Shown here in pieces: positions 23,833-35,928 of a stretch of 64,000 nucleotides of DNA. The notes beneath the pieces are model-generated. The model searched no databases. It was given only the letters and a program-made list of their open reading frames with translations, and had not been told where the DNA came from. Made by a program: the position numbers and the translations under genes. This stretch comes from Octopus sinensis. Lineage: Eukaryota. Each line of letters begins with the position of its first letter. Position 1 is the stretch's first letter. The stretch covers positions 13,888,001 through 13,952,000 of the forward strand of contig NC_043005.1 of the NCBI RefSeq assembly GCF_006345805.1. The letters run 5' to 3'.

Positions 23833-23901
<69 letters not shown>

Positions 23902-24214
23902 TATATATATATACATATATACAGATATATATATATATGTATGTAAATATGTATATACATATACATATATATGTATATGTATGTATGTGTGTTTGTTTAT
24001 GTATCTGTTTGTCTCCCCAACATCGCTTGACAACCGATGCTTGTGTGTTTACGTTCCCGTAACCTAGCCGTGCGGAAAAATAGACCGATAGAATAAGTAC
24101 TAGGCTTAAAAAGAATGTCCTAGGGTCGATTTGCTCGACTAAAGGCGGTGCTCCAGCATGGCCGCAGTATAATGACTGAGACAAATAAAAGAATAAAAGA
24201 AAAATATATATATA

Positions 24215-24254
<40 letters not shown>

Positions 24255-24940
24255 TTCTTTCTTCCTATCAACCCTTTCGCGCTTATTCGTTCATTCCTCT
24301 CTTCGTTCTTTCATTCCCCATCTGGCACATTTCCCTGCCTTCTCTTCTTGCTCACTTTCCCTCCTCTTTTCACTTCACTGTGTCCCCGTCTTTTGTTTTT
24401 CTCGCTCCTCCTTAATTCTTCTTTCCTTCTGCCGCTACCTCTCTCTCTCTTCTCTCCCCACGTGACCGGTGTTCGGCCAAGCCTGATCTTTATTTCGTCG
24501 TCCGTGCAACATCTATATTCCTCCCTGTTCCTGTGAAATCTCGTATCACTGCCGTGAGGCTTCATTTCCACACACGCCAGATTAATTCAATTCGTCCTTA
24601 GTCTAAAAACACCTGTTGTTATGTTCTGCTATTTGTATTTGTGTAACATTCTCCGTTTTTGTTCTGTCCTTATTTTCGTATACATTCACTGCTTTCTCCC
24701 AAAGAATCTAATGCTCTTAGCTTAGTTTTTCCTTGGGGCTCGCCAGATTGGAGCAATCTCGAGTATAACCGGCCGAAATTGCAAAGATAATCTGGAACTC
24801 GACTGATGAAAGAAAACTCTGAATGGCCCGTCCTTGTTTTCTTTGTATCGTCTCTCTGGATGTTTTGTAGTCCCTTTTTTGTATCACCTAACTCTCTGGA
24901 TGTTTTGCGTTGTTATCCCATTTTGTGTTATATATATATA

Positions 24941-25560
24941 TATAATAACAAATTAATAAATAAAACATATGCATATATACATACATATATGTACGTACCT
25001 GCATCTATATGTATATATACATGCATATATGGGTATAGGACACCAAATTTTTTTCTTTCGTTTTGGCTTAACGGCTCTCAATGTCTGTGTTACTGTTATA
25101 CTCCTTGTCCTGTTTTTTACTGTTTATATTTTGTACTGTCTTTACTGTACTGTTTCTGTTACCATTTTTGCCCCTCCGCAAAAAAATCTCAAATTTTGTT
25201 TAATTTGCTTTTTGCGGGAAGGACTGTTTCAACTAAGTCGTGTCTCGCCTTTACCTTCGAAACGCGGAGTAGATGAAACAGAGGCGGCTGAAGAAGGGGA
25301 ATTTTCCTTTCCTTGTGTTGTATGTATTGTGCTCTATTTTTTCGTTGTTTAAGAAAAATGTCCATTTCCTTGGTTTTGTGTTTATGTTTTCGTTTCTCAT
25401 TGTGTTTGACGTTTTATTTTTTGGGATGTCCTTTACCCATAAATGCATGTATATATATATAGAGAGATGTAGATATGTACATATATGTACGTATGCATAT
25501 GTTTTATTTATTAATTTGTTATTATATGACGGAATGCACGCATCCATTTCTAAGTAAGTT
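24941..25560. mobile_element. Possible Penelope-type terminal repeat with diverged inverted 5' copy
   Basis: 24941-25045 vs 25425-25527 inverted, ~85% identical by eye; T-rich body in TA context. Confidence 0.45.
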
Positions 25561-25563
25561 TTA

Positions 25564-25601
<38 letters not shown>

Positions 25602-25627
25602 CCTATACATATGCGTTTTCATACATA

Positions 25628-25862
25628 CAGGGTTGGCGAAAAGCACTCGACAGTAAATCAAAATCCCATAAATACTTAATATTCAGTTTTATCTACTCAT
25701 TCCAGTTATGAAGTCGCTCAAGAAGAACTTCAGTTTTAACAATTTTCATTATGTTTCATATTTATCAGATGCATTTATTAAATTTATTCAGTTGATAACA
25801 ATAAATAAATCTTGGAATTAAATGGTTTTCATTTACTGTCAGGTGGCTTTTGGCCAACCCTG
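25628..25862. mobile_element. Tc1/mariner MITE
   Basis: TIRs CAGGGTTGGC(G/C)AAAAGC; TA on both flanks. Confidence 0.8.
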
Positions 25863-25870
25863 TATGTATA

Positions 25871-25911
<41 letters not shown>

Positions 25912-25989
25912 CGGTGTAAAATCTTGAAAGTCACATTAAGTATAAAATCTGAACCTTGACATACGTGTAAGGGGATTAATACGATTTTG

Positions 25990-26620
25990 CTCAAAAATGA
26001 CGTTTTCAAAATTTTAGTTTCTCCCCGTTCCCACTGCATTTTCTTAATTTGTAACTTTTTCACGAATTTTTTTTTTTTTATCAATTTAAAAAATACAGAG
26101 ATTACGAATCTTGGAAATATATTTTTTTTAAAGTTTAATTTTTCTTAAAGAAACACTCAATGCACCTTCTCCTACCTCGCCCACCCATCACCTACCCGGT
26201 TTCAAACAAGTTAAAAACACCGTTTCACTTTTGTCATGTGTTTCACGCATGCGTAGAATTGTACTGAAATATCAGACGTAAAAAATATTTGAGCACCATC
26301 AGGAAACACGACATGCTAAAAACAACAGGTTAACGACATTATTTCTGAAAAAAACTTCCCCGCTTTCCAAAAAGCTAAAAGTTAAACATTGAGAGTTTCT
26401 ATCTTTGTGAAAGTGGTGTGGTGTGATGAGTGGGTGGGTGTTTGGGAAGGAGATTTTAGTGTTTCTTCAAGGAAAAAGAAAGAAGAAAATCCTTAAAGAT
26501 TCGTACTATTTTTTTTCTCCTGAATTACTAAGAAAAAATTCGAAAAAAGTAAAAACTGAAGAAATTGTGATGGGGAGGGAGAAAATTGAAATATTGAGAA
26601 CGTGCTTTTTGGGGTGAAAT
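25990..26620. mobile_element. Old, degenerate long-TIR element
   Basis: Left (TTTCTCCCCGTTCCCAC...AAAGAAACACTC...CCCACCCATCAC) and right (GTGATGAGTGGGTGGG...GTGTTTCTT...GGGGAGGGAGAAAA) halves are loosely complementary. Confidence 0.4.
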
Positions 26621-27750
26621 CCTAGTCTCCTTTATTGAAAACATAGGAATCGGAAGAAATTTAGGAAAAAATCAGGGGAGGGCGCAAATATCAACTCGCA
26701 CATGTTAAAAACAAAAGGTAAAGGACAAGATTTCTGAGAGAAAGTTGTATGTAAGTGTGTGTGCGTGTGCATGTTTGAGAGAGAGAAGGTGAGAAAGAGG
26801 GAATGAGTGAGTGAAGGTGTGTGTTGTCATGTATAAGTGGCACTCATTCGGTCTCTCTCTCTCTCTCACACACACACACATATCTTTCATATACACATAC
26901 ATAAATATATATGCATACATCTTTTTGTATATATGTGTGCGTATGCGTGTGCATTTGTGAGAGAGAATGAGTGACTGTAATTTGTCATAACATATAGAGT
27001 CATGGATAACTTTTAAGGTACACACTCATAGAGAAAATGTGACGTCGTCATCATTATCGTCGTGGTATAAAATGTTTACCATAGTTGACTTATAGAAAAG
27101 ATTTGTAATGTAAAATGTTTGTATTACAAATATGTAAATGAAAATATAGTTTATTTGGTAGTCGTAAGATTACTAAATCTTTTGATACACCATACGTCAA
27201 AATTGGCAACTCATTTTTTGAATGCATAAGGAATGCGGACGCCCACACGCACACACACAAACTCTCTTTTATATATATATGGAAGATGTCCCTGACTGTC
27301 GTTCTCTCTGTCTACCCTTCACATTTCTTGCGTGTCTAACTCTTCTTGTCTCCTCCCCTTCCCTGATATCAGCCACTCTCATTATGCCACATTTTCCTGA
27401 ACCTAACACTTTTGCACCTCTCTTATTTTATCATGTAATATCCCAAACCCCGTAGTTGGTCCCTCATCAATTTTTATTGAAATCCAATTAGCCTATAATT
27501 GAACTGGATGTTAGGTCAATGTGTATACAAAGTTTGCAGTAAATCACTTAATCATCCCTAACTTTTGTATTATCCTCTCACATTACACTCAAATCTCAGA
27601 CAATAATAATTAATATCGTATTTATTGTCTGTGAAAATTATAGAATATAAAACAACTTTGATAAAAACTTATACCTACTTTTCTGGCGAAAACAATGCCG
27701 TTCTGAACATTTTGGCCGCAACTGTATATATATATATAATATATATATAT

Positions 27751-27787
<37 letters not shown>

Positions 27788-27909
27788 GCATATATGCTAT
27801 ATATATATATATATATATATACATATGTATATATGCATATATATATACATATATACATATGTATATATATATATATCTATATACACATATACACACACAC
27901 GCACACACG

Positions 27910-27951
<42 letters not shown>

Positions 27952-28070
27952 AATCAAGGAACGGCCATAATAGGCCATTCACCCACTAGAAATAACAGCC
28001 AAAAGCTTTAACCGCAAAATAACATCAATTCCGTAAACCAGGAGAAAATTAAAAAACATTTACCCTGTAA

Positions 28071-28174
28071 TTTCTTATACGATGCACCGTTTCGTCTACT
28101 GTTTAATGGTAAACTAACTGATTAAATTAAATCAAGCCAATCTACCATAGGCCCTTAGATTCATCAGTAGAAAA
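28071..28174 (-). ncRNA. Hammerhead HH-C, inverted copy
   Basis: Reverse complement of the + strand motif; stem I has a bulge. Confidence 0.65.
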
Positions 28175-28550
28175 GCCAAGTCGGAACAGATATTTTTCAC
28201 GAGGCATTCCCGTCCCTGCCTCGGCAATATCTGACCTAAAATTTTCAAATCATCGCACTCGCGCCAAATTTATCGGCAGCAAATAAATATAAGCCGCCGA
28301 TTCCATACGGAATTAACCAGAAAATTCATAATTAATCAATATAGGGTGGCAAAAAATTTTGTAGAATTTTTTTGGCACCCTATATGATTAATTATGAATT
28401 TTCTGGTTAATTCCGTAATGGAATCGGCGGCTTATATTTATTTGCTGCCGATAAATTTGGCGCGAGTGCGATGATTTGAAAATTTTAGGTCAGATATTGC
28501 CGAGGCAGGGACGGGAATGCCTCGTGAAAAATATCTGTTCCGACTTGGTA

Positions 28551-28652
28551 TTCTTACTGATGAATCTAAGGGCCTATGGTAGATTGGCTTGATTTAATTT
28601 AATCAGGTAGTTTACCATTAAACAGTAGACGAAACGGTGCATCGTATAAGAA
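28551..28652 (+). ncRNA. Type I hammerhead HH-C, unit 1
   Basis: TTCTTA-CTGATGA-ATCTA...long hairpin...TAGAC-GAAA-CGGTGCATCG-TA-TAAGAA. Confidence 0.75.
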
Positions 28653-29033
28653 TTACAGGGTAAATGTTTTTTAATTTTCTCCTGGTTTACGGAATTGATG
28701 TTATTTTGCGGTTAAAGCTTTTGGCTGTTATTTCTAGTGGGTGAATGGCCTATTATGGCCGTTCTTGATTGTGATGTTGAACTTAAAAATGGTCTATGAC
28801 TATTTAATTTTTTTCCCACTAGGCCGCTGGTGGCAAAAAATTCTACAAAATTTTTTGCCACCCTATATTGATTAATTATGAATTTTCTGGTTAATTCCGT
28901 AATGGAATCGGCGGCTTATATTATTTGCTGCCGAATAAATTTGGCGCGAGTGCGATGATTTGAAAATTTTAGGTCAGATATTGCCGATGCAGGGACGGGA
29001 ATGCTCGTGAAAAATATCTGTTCCGACTGGCTA

Positions 29034-29137
29034 TTTCTACTGATGAATCTAAGGGCCTATGGTAGATGGGCTTGATTTAATTTAATCAGGTTAGTTTACC
29101 ATTAAACAGTAGACGAAACGGTGCATCGTATAAGAAA
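29034..29137 (+). ncRNA. Type I hammerhead HH-C, unit 2
   Basis: Same motif; CTGATGA at 29040 and GAAA at 29115. Confidence 0.7.
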
Positions 29138-29518
29138 TTACAGGGTAAATGTTTTTTAATTTTCTCCTGGTTTACGGAATTGATGTTATTTTGCGGTTAA
29201 AGCTTTTGGCTGTTATTTCTAGTGGGTGAATGGCCTATTTGGCCGTTCCTTGATTGTGATGTTGAACTTAAAAATGGTCTATGACTATTTAATTTTTTTC
29301 CCACTAGGCCACTGGTGGCAAAAAAATTCTACAAAATTTTTTTGCCACCCTATATGATTAATTATGAATTTTCTGGTTAATTCCGTAATGGAATCGGCGG
29401 CTTATATTTATTTGCTGCCGATAAATTTGGCGCGAGTGCGATGATTGAAAATTTTAGGTCAGATATTGCCGAGGCAGGGACGGAATGCCTCGTGAAAAAT
29501 ATCTGTTCCGACTGGCTA

Positions 29519-29623
29519 TTTCTTACTGATGAATCTAAGGGCCTATGGTAGATTGGCTTGATTTAATTTAATCAGGTTAGTTTACCATTAAACAGTAGAC
29601 GAAACGGTGCATCGTATAAGAAA
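29519..29623 (+). ncRNA. Type I hammerhead HH-C, unit 3
   Basis: 7-bp stem I TTTCTTA/TAAGAAA; CTGATGA at 29526 and GAAA at 29601. Confidence 0.75.
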
Positions 29624-29841
29624 TTACAGGGTAAATGTTTTTTATTTTCTCTGGTTTACGGAATTGATGTTATTTTGCGGTTAAAGCTTTTGGCTGTTAT
29701 TTCTAGTGGTGAATGGCCTATTATGGCCGTTCCTGATTGTGATGTTGAACTTAAAAATGGTCTATGACTATTTAATTTTTTTCCCACTAGGCCGCTGGTG
29801 GCAAAAAAATTCTACAAAATTTTTTTGCCACCCTATATTGA

Positions 29842-29923
<82 letters not shown>

Positions 29924-31555
29924 TGTGTGTATGCATGAGAATACATTCATACATGCGCCACACTTAAGAAGAACGCTCATATAGGTGACACACACATACA
30001 TACGCACAACATATATGTGTATAAGTGTGTATATGTGAACGTGATTACATATGCATATATATAGGTGTAGGTAAATGCATATACATACGTATACACATAT
30101 GTACATGCATATACTATATATATATATATAGTACATGTAAATATATGTACATGGATGTATATACATATACCTACACCTCTCTCTCCTCTCTCTCTCTATC
30201 TTTATATACACACCACACACACACACACACTCACACACATACACACGCACATACAAGCATATGCATTCATCTGCCACACTACTTATCGGATATGCATTAT
30301 CATTCATTTGGTTGATAGCCCAGCGTTCTATTCGCTGAGCTATGCACAGATGTTAGATGTTATCTGCTCAGAATATAGATAAATAAATAACACATAAGCT
30401 GCCTGGGAGTTTCTTGGTTCCACTTTCGTTGAGTGAAGCAGATAAGAGGTAAATCTTTCTTTCTGTTGAACACATGCGTGACGTTGGTAAGTATTGATAT
30501 TTGATCAGGTACTTTTTTCCGACTGCTATTTGGAGCGAAACATAGCCGAATATACATATTGCACCGGATCACGAGGTAACGTCTACAAAATGTCTAAAGT
30601 AACGAGCTATTACTCCAATATCTAATTCGCTTTTTTGTTTTGTTTTGTTGTTTTTTGTTTGTTTGTTGTTTTTTTTAATTTTACCCTTCTCATGATACAG
30701 ATATATGCATATTTTATGAAATACGTATGGATTTAACGAAAAGCTTATTTAGTTCATTGGTCGCCAAAGTTCCGTTATTCCCACTACGAATGTGCGTTAA
30801 CATGGAAACCACCAGTGAGTTTTGTACTAGTTAGAATTATTTATGCATTTTAATTACCACTTCCCAAGAGACTGTCTTCTTCGTAAGTTAATAAAGGTAT
30901 CAGATAATTGTTTTTACCATTTCTTTTTATCATGCAACGAAAAGCTATTGACGCAGGCATGGGTTTATTAGTCCCCATGGTATTTATTTCACTTCACGCA
31001 TATCGATAGTAAAAATGGAATCGATTAGTATATTGTTTAACACAATATAACCATCAAAGAATTTAGTCGTTCGCATCCTACAACTGGCTCTGCGCTGTAT
31101 CTACAGCTTAGTTATTGAGCATTTTCACGCTGAATATTTGTGTAGCATTTTTTTACGTTCTGAGTTCAAATCCCGCTGAGGTGAACTTTCCCTATTATCC
31201 TTTCAGGGCCGATAGTATAAAGTAACGGTCAAGTCATGGAAACCGGGTAACTGGTTTTATGTGTCCCATGACCTGAGAAAAAATGAGAGCATATTAAAAT
31301 AATATAAGGAGGTTGGGGGAATACTCAAGTACGCCCATGACATTAAAACATGAAAGTAAAGGGAGTGAGAGCATATTTCAGGAGGTAAACCAAGATATTT
31401 TAATTAAAATTAGACCCTTAACGAATAAAATAAATTAGTATGTAATTGACAAAAATCATTTTTTGGAGAAAAACTCCAAAATTTTAATAAATTTATTAAA
31501 TAGGGAATGCAGGATTACAGTGCCGATCGAACCTGATGTTTAGCAGCAAGGTGAC

Positions 31556-31600
31556 AACTTCTGACATGTTTCGTCCTTATTAAGACTCATAAGCAAAGTT
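31556..31600 (-). ncRNA. Degenerate minimal hammerhead HH-F
   Basis: AACTTTG-CTTATGA-GTC-TTAATAAG-GAC-GAAA-CATG-TC-AGAAGTT; G5 changed to T. Confidence 0.5.
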
Positions 31601-32129
31601 TAGTCTGACTAAAGCACGTCTTATAGGTATGTGTGTATTGAGTGAAAATAGTAGCTGATATTAACCATAGGTTTATTTTAGAGAAGAGACATTGAGTTAT
31701 TCATTCAAAAACAAGAGTTCACGACTTGATTTAGGCTTCCTGTTGAATTTATTTCGTTTACCATAAATGTTTTTTATTCTTTTTTCGCTCTAATTTACGG
31801 CGAGATAGAAAAATATTTCTAGTGGCCTTTACATACATATTTTGCCTTGAGATTAGCGGTGGCTGAGCAGAAATAAAATGTTAAAACAATACATTCACTT
31901 TGTTGGGAAAAAATGCAAAATCATGCAGAGCCAAAGGTTATACTTAAATCACGTGATTGTTCAAACTGATAGGAATAATCAACCCTCACTCTCTCGCTCC
32001 TCTCTCTTTCTCTATCTCTTTCTCTATCTCTTTCTCTCTCTACCACACACACACACACATACACACACAGACACATGCATACACATTCACACTTAAACAC
32101 GCACGCACACACACATAAGTACACACACA

Positions 32130-32184
32130 TACACATACACACTCTCTCTCTATCTCTCTATTTCTCTCTCTCTTTCTCCCTCTC

Positions 32185-32251
<67 letters not shown>

Positions 32252-32257
32252 TCTCCT

Positions 32258-32300
<43 letters not shown>
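32130..32300. repeat. (CT)n microsatellite
   Basis: Direct reading. Confidence 0.95.
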
Positions 32301-32302
<2 letters not shown>

Positions 32303-32787
32303 GATCATAATGACTTAAAAATAGACAGACATATTGGATAATGCAGACCTAGATTCGCAATTGCCGAGAGTAAAAATAGACATGTCATTTCATCATATTT
32401 CTTCTGGATAAAGGCACACATGAGGACAAACCAATTCAAAACTAACAACAACAACAACAACGTATTAAAGTTTAATGAAATTTATGTTTAACTTTCTTAA
32501 AAATATATTTTTACGACAAAGAATTTATTAATGTTATGATTACTGAGGTTTTTTTTTTTTTTTTCATGATCAAGACACCATTATGCAACCCTGAGGATAT
32601 CGGCAGTAACAAATTTCTGGATCTATCTTCAGCCGCTTGCTTAGAAATGGAGTGAAACATCTACTCTCGAACCATGGCCTGTGGTGTAACTTCCTGTAAT
32701 TGGAAAGAAAAAAGAAATATGATATTCACATATGTACACATGTATAGACATAGGTACACATTATATATATACACATACATATACGTA

Positions 32788-32821
<34 letters not shown>

Positions 32822-32829
<8 letters not shown>

Positions 32830-33010
32830 GAGGGCACTATTACACATACATGCCACACGCTAAGAGGGACAAAATTAGTCATTTCTACCAAAAATTTACT
32901 AATCCCACCGAATTGCATTCGGTGGGATTAGTAAAAATTTTTGGTAGAAATGACTAATTTTGTCCCTCTTAGCGTGTGGCATGTATGTGTAATAGTGCCC
33001 TCTATATATA
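32822..33010. repeat. ~92-bp-arm palindrome with 3-nt loop
   Basis: 32822-32913 vs 32917-33010; differ only in the length of an A run. Confidence 0.95.
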
Positions 33011-33137
33011 ATTAATTAATATGTTCAATAAGAAAGAATTATTTTCGAAATTTTTTCTTTTATGAGGTTTTTCACGCTATCTACCCGATAATTTCTTGTT
33101 AATAAGTTTTCCTTATTAAGAAGTTGTCCTTAATTTG

Positions 33138-33185
<48 letters not shown>

Positions 33186-33334
33186 GTGATCACATATGGT
33201 ACGGTCGCAATTGCAACGGTTACTAATCGGTGCAGTTGAAACATGTGCAGGTATATATAAAGCTGTATATATATAAAAAGAATTCCAGGTAATTCTATGG
33301 AACTTCGTAATAATCCTTATTATTATTATTGTTG

Positions 33335-33403
<69 letters not shown>

Positions 33404-33474
33404 CATACATACACACATACATACATACATACATACATACATACATGTCATCACGTGTAATATATATATATATA

Positions 33475-33741
33475 TCACACGTGATAACGTGACCGCCAAA
33501 GCTATCAGATGTTGTTATATATCGCTGGTCACAATGCGTTTTTTTGCATTGTTTTAGCCTTCAAATGATGCCACCTTGCTGGCAAGGCGAGCAAGGCTAA
33601 CAACCCTCTCCCCCCTCCGCTCGAAAGGGAACTAGACCGACGTGAAATGAAGTGTTTTGCTCAAGAACACAACGCGCCGCCCACCCAGGGATTGGAACCC
33701 AAGATCTATCGATCGTGAGTGCAACAGCCTTACCACTAGGC
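33475..33741 (-). mobile_element. Chimeric SINE: family A head/core with family D type-2 tail
   Basis: 33640-33741 matches family A; 33480-33600 matches 20185-20300. Confidence 0.7.
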
Positions 33742-34489
33742 CATATATATATATATATATATACATATATATGTGTTTGTACATGCGTGTGTGTATATCT
33801 ATTGCATCAATAAAGAGCCTTTACGTAAATGCTAGATGTGCTAAAATTAGCACCCAATCGCGCAAATCTCATCATACTATCTTAAAATGGTAAGAACTCA
33901 ACGTAATTGTGAAAACTTATGTGCAATCAGTCGACTCTGCTAGAAATGGTAGCTCATTTTTACTCAGATTTCATCTTCAAATCTCACCCTGCTTCTTATA
34001 CGGGGAAGGACACCCTACGTAATGTGAACCTAAATGGAATCAGTCGACCCAGCTAGAAATAGCAGTCCGTTTCTACTCAGTCTAAGCCTACCGTCTTAAA
34101 ATAGTTCTTGACGATATATGTGCAAAATAGATAAGATATGTTACGACTGAAACACCTTGTTTACATGTCTGCTGGAGAATGGTTACTCGACAACAAAAGC
34201 ATGGCAACATAAAAATCTGTTTCTATTTAAAGTCAGATTATATCGTATGTTGGCCAAACGTGCCTGATCGCTATTCTGGTTTTAATTAATATAATCTTTA
34301 TGCAGAAAACGCTTGAGTGGCATTTGGTTTCGAAAGCCCTTTCGTGTGTGTGCGTATGTCTAGGTTGCTATTTTTCAGCCCTAGGATTCATAAGATTGGT
34401 TTTCCGGTTTCCATGACGTATACCTGACCCAGACTACAGCAGTCCCCTAAACGAGACGCAGGTCCATTGCCGGGTTTAAGGTCAGTAAT

Positions 34490-34672
34490 TTTTAAGGTAA
34501 GATACAAGTTAAGTACATTGACCTCAGCACTTGACTGGTACTTTGATTTATTGACTCCGAAACGATGAAAAGTAAAGTTAACCTCGGCGGGATTCGAACT
34601 TAGAACGTAAAAAGCTGAATACCGCTAAGCATTTTGACCAACGTGCTTACGACTGTGCTAGCTCGACGCCTT
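34490..34672 (-). mobile_element. SINE family C (Nin/Deu-like central domain)
   Basis: GAGGTTAACTTTACTTTTCATCGTTTCGGAGTCAATAAATCAAAGTACCAGT variant of the family motif. Confidence 0.7.
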
Positions 34673-35030
34673 GAATTAATTCTTTTAAAGTTTTCCGTTG
34701 TCTGACGACACTATTTATTCACAGTTCCTCTCCGGAGCCAGACTTAGATAATTACATACACAACTCGAGGTCGCTAGAGTGCATTAATTAACTATGAATG
34801 TCGGGTAGAAGGGATACATTAAGTGTAATAGACGTAATCTTTGTAAATTATTTATTTTTCGGATGTATAGAGAACGAATTTATTGACAAGCAATATACAT
34901 GCATACTCACACACACACACACACACAGACACACAGACACGCATATCTATTATAAAATTAAGGCTAAATCACTTTGATGATTTTATCAAGGGGCCAGCGT
35001 ACCTACAATATATTATACATATATATATAT

Positions 35031-35114
<84 letters not shown>

Positions 35115-35928
35115 GCATACATATATATATAGAGAGAGAGAGAGAAAGAAACAGGTAAACAGAGACAGGGACAGTCGGGCAGACAGACAGACAGAGACAA
35201 TCAGCGATACGTATACATATAAGTATACGTGGATTGATTGGCGACTGTTTGCTTTCACAAACAGGAAAGAAAAGTTACTGATCTGTAGTTATTCAACCAG
35301 TTTATGAGAGAGAATGTGTTTCAGAAACACATTATCGTATCTTCTCTTTACACCTACATGAGAGAAGTTATTTCGTCTAATGCTAATTCCACGAAAAGCA
35401 CGGACGGCTGAATACGTAGGCGGTAATTTAATCAGTCGCATTGTCAGTGGTTTCTAGCTTGTCTTTGACACTTGAAAGGTGTCCTGCCAGATGGCTTTAG
35501 TTAACCTAATTCTAGGCGATAAACAGAAGAATGGGAAGAAGTTGTAGCACCAGTTTGTCAGCTTGCAATGTTCATCATCACAACTAATGTATAAGGAAAT
35601 TGAGAAATAAACAGAGTACGGTCTTTCAATTAGAGCTACCCCTAATGGAAATCAATCGATAATGAATAACGGTTAAAGAATGTCAAAGACCTCCTCTTCT
35701 AATCTATTTATGAATTCTATAAACTACAAGTCATAACTGAAAATTAATGCAATAAAGATATGTTCATTTAGATGCACATGGTCATGGTAGGTTCACTTTG
35801 ACCTAATGGTTAAGAAGTCGACATTGTAACCATGAGGCTATGGGATCAATCCCACTATGCAGTATCTTCGACAAATGTTATATTATATAATATATGTGTG
35901 CGTATGTGTGTGTGTGTGTTTTGTAATA

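Larger units (their letters stand above)
22646..23840. mobile_element. HH-B element: 512-bp unit, head-to-head inverted (Penelope pseudo-LTR or retrozyme-like)
   Basis: TACCAAT(C/T)AAGGACTG recurs at 22646 and 23158. 23274-23840 is the reverse complement of one unit plus ~55 bp. Confidence 0.85.
22466..24200 (+). mobile_element. SINE family B split by the HH-B insertion in its internal microsatellite
   Basis: Head/core at 22466-22622 and tail at ~24000-24200, in the correct order and orientation. Confidence 0.75.
27947..29848. mobile_element. HH-C locus: 3 tandem ~485-bp units (+) preceded by an inverted ~430-bp copy
   Basis: Unit starts CCCTATAT(T)GATTAATTATG at 28378, 28861, 29348 and 29831. 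27947-28377 is the reverse complement. (TA)n on both sides. Confidence 0.92.

Noticed and set aside
24765-24815. GGCCGAAATTGCAA...CTGATGA, hammerhead-like halves
   Set aside because: Halves are in permuted order with no stem II complementarity and no UH triplet.
25254-25310. CCTTCGAAACGCG...CTGAAGAAGGGG, possible type II hammerhead
   Set aside because: No U16.1 and no stem I pairing could be found.
27690-27724. Tc1-like TIR end (GGCCGCAACTG-TA)
   Set aside because: No partner TIR identified in the window.
27947-29848. CRISPR-like or satellite array
   Set aside because: No short repeat with unique spacers; whole ~485-bp units are repeated, and the context is eukaryotic.
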